Positions 42,086 through 55,318 of a stretch of DNA of 64,000 nt are shown piece by piece. The stretch comes from Eledone cirrhosa. Lineage: Eukaryota. The position numbers were made by a program, and so were the translations under genes. Each line of letters begins with the position of its first letter. Within the stretch, counting starts at the first letter, position 1. The notes under the pieces were generated by a model. The model did no database searches, was not told where the DNA came from, and was given only the letters and a program-made list of their open reading frames with translations. The stretch lies in contig OZ024741.1 of the NCBI GenBank assembly GCA_964016885.1, positions 346,456,001-346,520,000 on the forward strand, written 5' to 3'.

Positions 42086-45000
42086 TTAAGAGAGTAAAAC
42101 AAAGAATCCTTTAATACATCAAAAGTTTTTATTAGCCGACAATGTTTCGTTCTATTAAGGACTCATCAGGGCAATCAAAACAAGAGGTAATATCGGCAGA
42201 TACAAGCCGGAAACTCTGAAGAATATGGAGTGTACATACACTAATGTCTTACAAAAATATATGATAATAAAAATGAAAATAAAAATAAAAATAATAAAAA
42301 TATATAATAAGAATAACTAAGGATGTAGATAACATTAAGAACCATATTACAAATATAGTCCAAAGCAACTAACCTAAATCTAAATAAATTTGGTTATATA
42401 GAGCAGGAATTATATATAACACAATATAATACATTATAATAATAATATACTTTTACCAACATTAAAATTACAAATTAAAAATCAAAATGTACAATATATA
42501 CATGTATATATGTGCGCACACACACACACACACACACACATATAACAACACACACATCTATGTTCCACTACACAAAATTAAGCCCTATTAGAAGTTTGAA
42601 TATAAAAATAAGCATGATAAGAGTGAAAATAATACTAATACATCTACCCAATATACATGAGGCAATAATATGATATAATTACAAGAAACACATATAACAA
42701 ATAATAAACAACAAAATTATATAATTCAATATAATATAATAAAATAAAATAGATAATCCCCGGTTAATTTACAGAAACAATATAGATGTCACAATAAAAT
42801 ACAATGATAATACGTTAACAGTGTACTAACATTTACCATAAACAATATATACAAATCGATTCATACTGGGTTACAGAATAAATGAGGAAAAATAAATTAT
42901 ATAATACTAAAAAAAACACTATAATGGTATAGGGAAAAATTATGATGTTACAGAAAAAAATATACAGACATCTTACATGATATGTAAAGTCTAAATATCA
43001 TAATGTTACATATAATGAACAGTAAGTAATAAGGATCAATATTACAATATTACAAAATTCCAGACATCTCACATGATATATAAAGTTTAAATATCATAAT
43101 GTTACATATAATGAACAGTAAGTAATAAGGATCAATATTACAATACAATATAATATAATATATTATAAATTGGCATAAAATATATAAATACTTATAATTA
43201 AAAGGTTAGTAGACAGACATATGTGGATGAGTAAGCAAAGCCAGACAGTGAATAGCAAATAGAATATAGAATAAAATAAATAAATACAATCAACCGGAAA
43301 TTACAAAACAAAAGCAAATATATACACACTTAGGCCTCGCGTGTATTTAAGAAATTAGGTAAACACTAAGGAAACCAATCATTTTAATTGACTCCAAACC
43401 CTATTTGATAAATTAATATTAAAAATATCAAACCCGTCCAATAAGGTAGTATAATATTAGCTGTAGTTTAAGTCATTAAAGTATATAAACTTTAATGTAT
43501 CGTTACAAATGTTTACAAAAAGGAATGAAAATTTTATACTATCATATACGCAACGATATCTAAAAAACTGACTTAAGTAGAATTAAGGTAGGCTAATGGG
43601 GACAGAATTGACGAAATATATGGAGGGTGCGAAGTGGCATAAAATATAGTCGATATACTATAATAAATAATAGAACGGAGCATAAAAGAGGGGGCGGGGG
43701 GTTAAATATAATCATAGTCAATCTGGAGGGGTTGACAATAAGTTTATGTGCGCATGGGGGGGGGGGGAGTTGTCGAAAGATAAATCAGAATAAACTTAGA
43801 AATAAAAATAGAATTAAAAATAAAATTAAAATTAAAATTAAAATTAATAATAATAAAAAAATAAAGATAATAATAGAATAACGTAAGTGGCGTAAAGTGT
43901 GTAATCTTATGTATATTAACAAGGTGTAATAGTGAAAACATAGATATGGTACAGTAGCCAAATGATTATGAGAGCTAGAATGAAGAGTCATCAAAAACCA
44001 ATGGTGATAATGATGATAACATTAATGTTGGCAAACAAAAGAACCCAAACAAAAAACTAAGTAATGGAATATATCTGCTAATGGGTACAATTTGTACTAC
44101 TAGAACATTTGGGTTTATAATAAAAATAAGAATTAGAAATGGCGTGGGGGCAAGAAGAGAATATCTCAGACTTTCTATTCAGTAAGGGTACGCTAGAGAA
44201 AATAATAGAGTGTGTCTCAAGTATACAGAGATTACAAAACTTACTATATGCAGAAAGGTGGTTAGATCGTGCTACTAAACTCCAGTTAAGGCTATATGGT
44301 ATATAAGCTCGCTTAAGATCCCAGATATAATGCGCTAAAGAGGTAGAATTCTTAAACCTAACATGTTTGAAGTTAGAGATATGAGAGTTAAACCTAGTCT
44401 TAAAAGTGCTTGAAGTATATCCTATATACGTTCTATTAGAGGAATTAGTTATAACCTCGCAAGCGTAGACAATGTTCTTAGAAAGGCAGTTACCGTTTAG
44501 AGGGCAGTTAGCACTCACTCTACAATTGCACTTCCGGGTGTTATTGGTTGGCTCGAGTGGTGATGTATTACACGTAGGACCTCTATTAGATAAGGACTGT
44601 TCTGGTGGTAAAGCATTGTCAGATCCGTTCAGACTAGTAGTATGTAGAGAGGAGAATCCATCCCTAATTTTCCTATTATTAGTGCTAGCTAAATGAGAAC
44701 TAATATTAGGGGTGGTAGAGAATGAGAGTTTAATAACATTTTTATTAAAAATACCATGGTATTTGTGAGAAGGGGGGAACTTTTTCTCTAAGATAGTGAA
44801 GAAAGACCTAGGGATATTAGTTGATAGATCCTGATTATATGGCGGGTTGAAATAAGTATTTAATCGCCTTCTATTTTTATTTTTATTCTTATCGACCCTA
44901 CCTCTATCAAATGTCCCACCGTCGAGACTAGGGTTACTATCAGGAATAGTTGAAGCCACATTCATAGAATCAGCCATAATTTCGTTATGTCTATTATAGT

Positions 45001-46610
45001 TTCTACCTCCAGTAGATCTACTGTTGTCCAGAATCCCTACAAGAGGATTAAGGCCAATGATAGGATCAGTAGGAGCAACATTATTAGAATAAGATCCAGC
45101 AAAACCAACACCAATGCGTGAGCGCACAGGGGGTTCAACTTGTCTCCTAGAGGTATTATATTTGCTATTACGAGTCCGGTGGGTTAACTTATGGGTGGGT
45201 TCAGATACACCTATATAAATTCTACGGTTACTATATTTGCTACTCCCATTCATGGCCATGTTATGTGATATAATGTTATTATTATTAAGAGTAAGCGGAG
45301 ACTTTCTAAGGTTACTATTATTATAATTTATTTTACTAGAGTGACCTGAATTTGCTAGGGCATTATTGTAATACTCCGCATGTTCATTAAATGTTCCTAT
45401 GTGCACATAAACTTATTGTCAACCCCTCCAGATTGACTATGATTATATTTAACCCCCCGCCCCCTCTTTTATGCTCCCTTCTATTATTTATTATAGTATA
45501 TCGACTATATTTTATGCCACTTCGCACCCTACATATATTTCGTCAATTCTGTCCCCATTAGCCTACCTTAATTCTACTTAAGTCAGTTTTTTTAGATATC
45601 GTTGCGTATATGATAGTATAAAATGTTCATTCCTTTTTGTAAACATTTGTAACGATACATTAAAGTTTATATACTTTAATGACTTAAACTACAGCTAATA
45701 TTATACTACCTTATTGGACGGGTTTGATATTTTTAATATTAATTTATCAAATAGGGTTTGGAGTCAATTAAAATGATTGTTTTCCTTAGTGTTTACCTAA
45801 TTTCTTAAATGCACGCGAGGCCTAAGTGTGTATATATTTGCTTTTGTTTTGTAATTTCCGGTTGATTGTATTTATTTATTTTATTCTATATTCTATTTGC
45901 TATTCACTGTCTGGCTTCGCTCACTCATCCACATATGTCTGTCTACTAACCTTGTAATTATAAGTATTTATATATTTTATGCCAATTTATAATATATTAT
46001 ATTATATTGTATTGTAATATTGATCCTTATTACTCACTGTTCGTTATATGTAACATTATGATATTTGAACTTTATATATCATGTGTGATGTCTGGATTTT
46101 TGTAATATTGTAATATTGATCCTTATTACTTACTGTTCATTATATGTAACATTATGATATTTAGACTTTACATATCATGTAAGATGTCTGTATATTTTTT
46201 TCTGTAACATCATAATTTTTCCCTGTACCATTATAGTGTTTTTTTTAGTATTATATAATTTATTTTTCCTCATTTATTCTGTAACCCAGTATGAATCGAT
46301 TTGTATATATTGTTTATGGTAAATGTTAGTACACTGTTAACGTATTATCATTGTATTTTATTGTGACATCTATATTGTTTCTGTAAATTAACCGGGGATT
46401 ATCTATTTTATTTTATTATATTATATTGAATTATATAATTTTGTTGTTTATTATTTGTTATATGTGTTTCTTGTAATTATATCATATTATTGCCTCATGT
46501 ATATTGGGTAGATGTATTAGTATTATTTTCACTCTTATCATGCTTATTTTTATATTCAAACTTCTAATAGGGCTTAATTCTGTGTTGTGGAACATAGATG
46601 TGTGTGTTGT

Positions 46611-46669
<59 letters not shown>

Positions 46670-47198
46670 ACATATATACATGTATATATTGTACCTTTTG
46701 ATTTTTAATTTGTAATTTTAATGTTGGTAAATGTATATTATTATTATAATGTATTATATTGTGTTATATATAATTCCTGCTCTATATAACCAAATTTGTT
46801 TAGATTTAGGTTAGTTGCTTTGGACTATATTTGTAATATGGTTCTTAATGTTATCTACATCCTTAGTTATTCTTATTATATATTTTTATTATTTTTATTT
46901 TTATTTTCATTTTTATTATCATATATTTTTGTAAGACATTAGTGTATGTACACTCCATATTCTTCAGAGTTTCCGGCTTGTATCTGCCGATATTACCTCT
47001 TGTTGTTTTGATTGCCCTGATGAGTCCTTAATAGGACGAAACATTGTCGGCTGATAAAAACTGTTGATGTATTAAAGGATTCTTTGTTTTACTCTCTTAA
47101 TTTTTTGGCTCTGTTTAACTGCATTGAGCTATACCTTTTACTGTCATTTCTATAATACGAAGAGGGTGTTTGACTCCAACACGCTCCAGTATTCTAAT

Positions 47199-47200
<2 letters not shown>
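42086..47200 (-). mobile_element. Hydra-like PLE, 5'-truncated, with inverted arms of about 1.7 kb
   Basis: ORF remnant 45395->44078 reads FNEHAEYYNNAL, YFNPPYN, CNCRVSANCPLNGNCL, NIVYAC...TYIGYT, CNLCILE, SCPH. Arms 42086-43751 / 45403-47100; tail 47101-47200. Confidence 0.9.
47011..47055 (+). ncRNA. Minimal type I hammerhead (inverse copy 42131-42175)
   Basis: gcc-CTGATGA-gtcct-taat-aggac-GAAA-c-att-g-TC-ggc; predicted cleavage after 47048. Confidence 0.85.
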
Positions 47201-47280
<80 letters not shown>

Positions 47281-47416
47281 ATATATATATATATATATAT
47301 ATACAACCACACACCGAGACACACACATATAGACATTCACATATACACACACGCTTACATATATTAGTATATATATGAAAAAAATGGGGAGAAGAATACT
47401 GTATGGTTGCACATGG

Positions 47417-47469
<53 letters not shown>

Positions 47470-47471
<2 letters not shown>

Positions 47472-47585
47472 CGGAGGAAGTGTGGTAAGGAACCAGAGTA
47501 CTCACTACTTAGGGTAGTAGAGTGGGGAATAGGAAATAGCTGTCGAAACGGCTTGAGCCCTGCCGTCGGGGTTACAGTTTTTCCT
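47470..47585. mobile_element. Mini fold-back family, copy 3 (deleted form)
   Basis: acggaggaagtgtggtaaggaacc...agctgtcgaaacggcttgagccctgccgtcgggg. Confidence 0.7.
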
Positions 47586-47643
47586 ATATATATATATTTA
47601 TTAAAATAACAGATTAAAGTTTAAGCAAATAATCGGTGCTTTG

Positions 47644-47644
<1 letters not shown>

Positions 47645-47693
<49 letters not shown>

Positions 47694-47817
47694 GTATATA
47701 CATATATATATATATGTATATATATATGTATATATATGTATATATATGTATATACACATATATATATATATATATGTATACATATATATGTATACATATA
47801 TACATATATATATATAC

Positions 47818-47848
<31 letters not shown>

Positions 47849-47893
47849 CATACACATACATATATATACACACATATATATATATATACATAG

Positions 47894-47985
<92 letters not shown>
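47645..47985. repeat. Long compound (TA)n/(TACA) microsatellite, representative of dozens in the window
   Basis: Read directly. Other large tracts at 2656-2805, 14258-14383, 20636-20920, 22031-22190, 32800-32963, 52672-53114, 60010-60170 and 63665-63855. Confidence 0.95.
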
Positions 47986-47986
<1 letters not shown>

Positions 47987-48485
47987 TAACACTAATGCAC
48001 AGGCAAATATCGACAAATATTGACACTGGCATGAAGGCTTAACTGGCTACGTGAATCAATTAAAGGGGCTTCACATTTTTTTATCTTTTCAATTTACAGG
48101 AAAACACGTATCTCTGCTCTGTTTAGATGTCTACATATTACAGATATAAATAGATATAGTTTCGCAGAGAATTGGCCCACGATAACACATAGAAGTTATA
48201 GACAGGACTACTGTATCGATCTATTCGTCAGACAGGTGTTTCATGGAAACATATATTGTTTGTGGTGTTCGGCAACAACAGCGACAGCAAAAACCACTGT
48301 AATAAGCATAATATCAACAACATACACCAGTAGCCACTTATATAACCAAATATATTGGTAAATAAATCGAGCAGTAATGTCAACATTATAAGCGTTAAGA
48401 ATAATCATATATAAATAAAGAAGATAGTTAGTAATAGTGGCATCACTAATAACAATGATGTTAATAATAATAACAAAAATAATGC

Positions 48486-48618
<133 letters not shown>

Positions 48619-48685
48619 AGGGTCAAAGCAGCGATTCTTTGCTTAAACAACTTTAATTTGTTATTTTAATAAATATATAGATATT

Positions 48686-48821
48686 GGAAAAAGTAAACCC
48701 CGACGGCAGAGCTTAAGCCGTTTCCACAGCTATTTCCCACCCTATTCCCCTTTATACTACCCTAAGTAATGAGTACTCTGGTGCCTTATGTTCCATCTGG
48801 TTCCTTACCACACTTCCTTCG

Positions 48822-48823
<2 letters not shown>
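48686..48823. mobile_element. Mini fold-back family, copy 4
   Basis: accccgacggcagagcttaagccgtttccacagcta...ttccttaccacacttccttcgtt. Confidence 0.7.
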
Positions 48824-48861
<38 letters not shown>

Positions 48862-48865
<4 letters not shown>

Positions 48866-51800
48866 TGTATACATATATACAGTATTTACGTATCTAGAGA
48901 GAGAGAAAAAAGGGGAGGATAGGGGATACATATAGTTATTTGCCAAGTAGCGTATGCCAGAGGTGCTCGATATAAGTACCGGCAGTATTAAATATTCTAA
49001 TAGTTAATATTTAGTGGGCTAGAGAGTTAGCAGAGCGTAAGCACATGGGAAAGTAAGAAACCGGATAATAGACCGTTAAATGATGTTTATTTAAAACAGC
49101 ACCTACGTACGTTTCGCCCGGTTGGGCTTCTCAAGGGCATAAATAATCAAAAGTATTCCTTACATTGCTCGGAAAGAGTTTTTTTGATTAAATCGACGTC
49201 AAGTTTCATTGCTCGCAAAAATAGCTTGTTTTGATTTTGCAGCAGGTTACGGGAGGTAACTCTGGCCGGTGTTAGGGCAGTCTTTCCCGGACAAATATTT
49301 TTATCTGCTACGGGATGAGGTTACAACCTTACCATTGTCGATGCGCATGTAATCAACGCTTATTTTGAGAGTTATTTTGCTGCATCTGTTTGTCTGAGTC
49401 GTTTGAGGCTGGGTCTGGTATGCAAAGATAGTTTCCTGGGTGTTATTTTGCAGCGCCTGCCCGCCGGGGTGTTAAGACTTGTTGCAGGGAGATCCGGTGT
49501 ACGGTTTCACTCCTCATCCTTAACCCATCTGAAAAGGATATTTTTAAGCGATGCTTTCAACAGATCGCTGTTTCAGCTCTGCTGTTGATGAGCTCGTGTG
49601 GTGCAGTTATGATGTTGTAGCGCTCCATGAGGCAAAGATCGCATTTCCTCTTGAAGTTGTACGGTGCAGCCCTGCCGACAATATCCCAGTGCGTGGAGAA
49701 GCTGTTGTTTAAGTCCCTTAGTGATGTTATGTAGTCCGCAAGCGAAGAGGAGCGTCTTAGTTTTTTATTTGTCAAAGAGTGGAGATGTGTTCGAAACCTA
49801 ATTTTGAACGGGCCGGAGGTAGCTCCTATATAATGTTTAACGCTATTGTGGCTAGTTATATTCCATGTATATATAACCCTATCAGTCAAGCAGTATCCTC
49901 TAAGGGGGCAGCGTCCTCTGTCGCGGCAGTTGCAATTTCTTTCGCGGTTCCGTCTATTTCCCACTGTAAGGTTATCATTGTTGCTGCCTACGTTGTTACC
50001 TACGCTACCGCAGCTGTCGTTAGCACCATTACAACCCACAGCACGCGGGGTGGTGCGATTGTTATTCCGCACGTCATGTCCTGCATGTTCCCCAGTCATT
50101 TCGCGGTTATGCTGGTTGTGTCTGCGGATGCCGTTGCCAACACTATTGGATGCTGCCAGGGAGTTGTTAAGGCCGATATAATTATTGTCAGGTGTAGGTG
50201 CGTCTGAGTCGAGGTGCTGTGTCTTGGTGATCTTACTGTGGTTCGTTGGTCCTATGATGTCTGCTAGGTTAGGTGTCGTAGAGAAGGATATTTTTATATT
50301 GTTCCTATTAAGAATGTTTCTATACCTATGGTTGGGCGGGAGGTTCTTCTTTAAGGCTTCGAAGAAGATCAGGGGTATGTTGGAGGCCACACTCCGAGAG
50401 TAAGGGGATGGAACCATAGGACGTTACGCTGGCGATTACGTGTCCTTGTACGTTTGCTACGGGTGGTTGCATGTAAGTGACAGCTCTTATGTGTATTAAT
50501 GCGCAGTCGCCCGTTGGGTGCCCCTTTCACTTTATGCTCGGGTGCACTCTTCCTACCTCTTCCATGATTATGTACAGTAAGATGTTGGTTGGAAGGCGTT
50601 GGTAGTAGGCCGTCGCCCTTGTTGGTTTTGTAATATGGGAATAGTTCGAGTAATCTACAGTTGTCACCGTCGCCGGGGTCGTGATCTTTAGTGCGGTTAT
50701 CTATTCTATTATATCCGACTTCAACGAGGTCGCCGCGTGATCGGTTATAGGTATGGCTTACTATAACGTTCGTTTTATGAGGAGTGGTGGTTTCTAGAGC
50801 TAGCGTTAGGGATGTAGGAAATTCCTCGGTTAAAGCCGGCGCTTATCAAAACCCTATTGTAGTAATCTGCCGCTTGGTTGAAGATATGCTCATTGGCGGA
50901 TAGTCTCGAGATTCTATGTGAGATACTATAGACTATGGAGTTGAGAGTCTGCTTAGGGTGGTTGGAGGCATAATTAATATAAAAGAGGCACTCTCCAGGC
51001 TTATGGTATGGCTTGTCACGTCCAGGAAGTTGACAACCTGTGGTTGGGGTCCATAGTTACGGATAGGCCGTATGACCTGAAGAACCTGTGTATATGTTTG
51101 CTAAGGTTCTCTATCCTACAGGGGCTATGGTTCCTAACGGTAAACAGGGCGTCGTCCCTATATACACATCCTTGTAGGGCCGGTATCACTTCCCTAATCT
51201 TATGTAAGAGGTATATTCCGACCAGGTCAGTTGCTTGCGCTGAGTCTCTGGACCCCATCGTGACATCGAAGATATCAGAACGGTTGGTTCTGGTCCAGTG
51301 GGAGCCTTCGAACCACTCTCGGAGTGTAGCCTCCAACATACCTCGGATGTTCTTCGAAGCCTTAGAGAAGAACTTCCTGCCCAACAATAGGTATAGAACA
51401 ATTCTTAATAGGAACAATATAAAAATATCATTCTGTACTACTCCTAAACTAGCAGACATCATAGGAACAACGAACCACAGTAAGATCACCAAGACACAGC
51501 ACCTCGACTCAGACGCACCTACACCTGACAATAACTATATCGGCCTTAACAACTTCGTGGCAGCATCCAATAGTGTTGGCAACGGCATCCGCAGACGCAA
51601 CCAGCATAACCGCGAAATGACTGGGGAACATGCAGGACATGACGTGCGGAATAACAATCGCACCACCCCGCATGCTGTGTGTTGTAATGGTGCTAACGAC
51701 AGCTGCGGTAGCGTAGGTAACAACGTAGGCAGCAACAATGATAGCCTTACCGTGGGAAATAGACGGAACCGCGAAAGAAATTGCAACTGGCGCGACAGAG

Positions 51801-52669
51801 GACGCTGCCCCCTTAGAGGATACTGCTTGACTGATAGGGTTATATATACATGCACTATAACAAACCACAATAGCGTTAAATATAGGGGCTACTTCCGGCC
51901 CGTTCAAAATTAGGTTTCGAACACATCTCCGCTCTTTCACAAATAAACAACTAAGACACACCACTTCGCTCGCGGACTACATCACATCATTAAAGGACTT
52001 AAACAACAGCTTCTCCATGCACTGGGATATTGTCGGCAGAGCTGCACCGTACAACTTCAAGAGGAAATGCGATATTTGCCTCATGGAGCTCTACCACATC
52101 ATAACTGCACCCCACGAGCTCATCAACAACCAGAGCTGAAACAGCGATAAGTTTTACACATCGCTTAAAAATATCCTTCTTCAGATGGGTTAAGGATGAG
52201 GAGTGAAACCGTACACCGGATCTCCCTGCAACAAGTCTTAACACCCCGGCGGGCAGGCGCTGCAAAATAACACCCAGGAAACTATCCTTGCATACCAGAC
52301 CCAGCCTCAAACGACTTAGACAAACAGATGCAGCAAAAAAAAACTCTCAAAATAAGCGTTGATTGCATGCGTATCGACAATGGTAAGGTTGTAACCTCAG
52401 CTCGTAGCGGATAAAAATATTTGTCCGGGAAAGACTGCCCTAACACCGGCCAGAGTTAGCTCCGGTGACCTGCTGCAAAATCAAAACAAGCTATTTTTGG
52501 GATCAATGAACCTTGACGTCGATTTAACCAAAAAAAGTCTTTCCGAGCAATGTAAGGAACACTTTTGATTATTTATGCCCTTGAGAAGCCCAACTGGGCG
52601 AAACGTACGTAGGTGGTGTTTTAAATAAACATGTTTTAACGGTCTATTCTCCGATTTCTTACTTTCCCA
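48862..52669 (-). mobile_element. GC-richer Hydra-like PLE truncated within RT, with inverted arms of about 1.35 kb
   Basis: Minus from about 51300 reads FDVTMGSRDSAQATDLVG, VYRDDAL, then CNCRDRGRCPLRGYCL, VIY...HYIGAT, KCDLCLME. Arms 49046-50402 / 51314-52669. Confidence 0.9.
52575..52615 (+). ncRNA. Hammerhead with U3:A8 core variant (inverse copy 49100-49140)
   Basis: gccc-TTGAGAA-gccc-aact-gggc-GAAA-cgtacg-TA-ggt. Confidence 0.65.
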
Positions 52670-52672
52670 CCT

Positions 52673-52768
<96 letters not shown>

Positions 52769-52859
52769 CTATCTATATATCTATCTATCTATATATATAT
52801 ATATATATACATATATATATAAATATACATATATATTTATCTATATATAAATATACATA

Positions 52860-52935
<76 letters not shown>

Positions 52936-52985
52936 TATCTATATCTACATATATATACACATATATATAAATATATATATATATT

Positions 52986-53016
<31 letters not shown>

Positions 53017-53027
53017 ATATATATATA

Positions 53028-53114
<87 letters not shown>

Positions 53115-53117
<3 letters not shown>

Positions 53118-54358
53118 GGTGTTAAAGTTTGCTTGAAGCACTGTGAAATGTGTAAAATACGTAGTTTAGAAAGCCACAATAATGCAGATGGGAAATCTCG
53201 AGGTAGGAAGTGAATGATAGATAGGAGAAATAGGAGAAAGTGAAAATTGTGAGAGACAAAGATGAAAACAAAACAAAGGTAGAAGGGTTACCGTAGTGGA
53301 GATTTAATCCCAATATTTCGGGCTTACGCCCATCAACGGGGGAAAGTTCCAAAAAAAGGGGGGGGGGACAGGCTAAGCCGGAGAAAGTTGTGATGTCGTT
53401 AAAACAGGAATGCCGTTATGGGGAGAAAATTTAAATGAGGGAAAGAATGCGCGTGCGCGTGATAGGCTGTGGAAAAAGCTACTGACCAAATGGGTTAAGT
53501 CAAGAGGGTGCGCTAGCGTATGAAAGCCGTAAAATATGTGTGTGTAAATATATATGTGTGTGTAGCTGTGTGTGTATATGTGTAAGTGTGTATCTGCGTG
53601 AGTGTGTGTGTGAAAGATAGTGGGCTGTAGAAGCTGGAAATCAAAGGGTGTGAAAGGTGGTAGGTTGTAAAACATGTGTGCGTGTATAAATATAGATGTG
53701 TGTGTGTATGCGTATGGGTATATATGTGTGTGTAACTGTGTGTGTATATGTGTAAGTGTGTATATGTGTGAGTGCGTGTGTGTGTGAAAGATAGTGGGCT
53801 GTAGAAGCTGGAAATCAAAGGGTGTGAAAGGTGGTAGGTTGTAAAAACATGTGTGCGTGTATAAATATAGATGTGTGTGTGTGTATGCGTATGGGTATGC
53901 ATATACGTGCGTGTGTGTGAAAATAGCAGGCCGTGAGGGCTGTTAATGGTCACTATGGTTAAATTAGCCATGTCAGCTCATTTTTCTCAGCCCGGTTGTT
54001 AAGTGGGGGTCTGAGGTTCTTAATAACAAGTGCTCCCTTTATCCTTAAGGATCCGATGCTGCGTTCAGTCGCTAGTACTGTGACCAAGGGTCTACCCTGT
54101 GGGTTTCGGCATTTAAGGATGTGTTTACGGAAGGAAGATGCGTTGGTGTTGATATGTTCCTTGATACGAACATGTAGGGGTCGGATGGTGCTACCTATGT
54201 AAAACTTGTTACATTTATCGCATTGAATCTTATATACGACATAGGTGCGTAGGCAATCTGCCCCCCGTATCGGGCAGTTGCTGAGGGAACACGTCCCATC
54301 TGACTCGTCGGGTTTGTTGGAGAGGCATCTTCGCAGCGAAGGTCCTGTGTGGGCCAAA
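53115..54358 (-). mobile_element. 3' fragment of a non-Hydra PLE (CCHH-type GIY-YIG)
   Basis: CSLSNCP...CLRTYVVYKIQCDKCNKFYIGSTIRPLHVRIKEH...PPLN. 3' UTR has a tandem duplication and a degenerate HHR at 53309-53341. Ends in (TA)n. Confidence 0.85.
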
Positions 54359-55043
54359 TTATTCGCACATATTATCAATTCAATCAATATACAAACTTTA
54401 ACTTCACATTATTTTTCTCAAATCCTTCTACACACAAACCTTAACAATTTTTCTCTTCGCTAATTTTGAAATTGCCACAATACATACATTTCTTTTTTGA
54501 CGTTAGAATATTCACCCACAATTATTATTTTTTCTCTCTATCTTCATACATAATTTCCCTTCGTTAATTTTCAAATTCCTTTAATTTATACATTATCTTC
54601 CAACGGTTCCCAACCTCTCTATATTAAAACAATATATCTTTTTCTCAGTTATAAAAACTATCTCTTTCTCTCTATCACCCATCTCTCCCTCTCCACCTTC
54701 ACTCTCATCTCCTCCCCCTTTTTTTCATCCTTTCCACCCCCCCTCCCTAAATAAAATATTTTTTCCTCGCACATATCCTCCCTTCGTTAATTTTCAAAAT
54801 TTTTAATTTATACAGTATCTTCCAACGGTTTTCAACCTCTCTATGTAAAAAATATATCTCCTCTCAGTTATAAAAACTATCTCTTTCTCTCTATCACCCA
54901 TCTCCTTCCCTTTTCATCCTCCCCCCCCTCTCTAAATAAAATATTTTTCCCAATATCACACATCAATCTAAAACCACTTTTCATATGTTGATTTAAAACT
55001 GCACTATCCACAAGTGTTTTTTAGCCTTCATATCATGTTCTCC

Positions 55044-55114
55044 TATTTTATCTGATGAAAACACAAATATTATTGCTTGATGATGTTTGTTTTTGAAATG
55101 CGCATAATAAAATA
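55044..55114 (+). ncRNA. Type I hammerhead in the 5' pLTR
   Basis: tattttat-CTGATGA-aaacacaaatattatt-gctt-gatgatgtttgttttt-GAAA-tgcgca-TA-ataaaata; predicted cleavage after 55106. Confidence 0.85.
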
Positions 55115-55318
55115 TATGGAACTCCTTTAACCATCTTTTGATCTTATATTATGCATACTCCAGTCCCACAAACTGTAGAGTGCTTCTTATCCGATATCTG
55201 CATTGCTTTATTGTACTACAATAAAACTCACCTCCTACATTAACTTGCTCCTTAACGGTTGAGCGCTTACTCTCATATTGGATACCTTTTGATGGTCCTT
55301 CACCTCTTCTTCTACAAC

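Noticed and set aside
51008-51913. 301-aa plus-strand ORF as a separate gene
   Set aside because: Chimera of antisense RT sequence and the inverted arm across the junction at about 51300-51314.
55259-55318. TTG start giving 820 aa
   Set aside because: Eukaryotic context; the conserved N-terminal motif follows the ATG at 55319, though an in-frame ATG at 55292 cannot be excluded.
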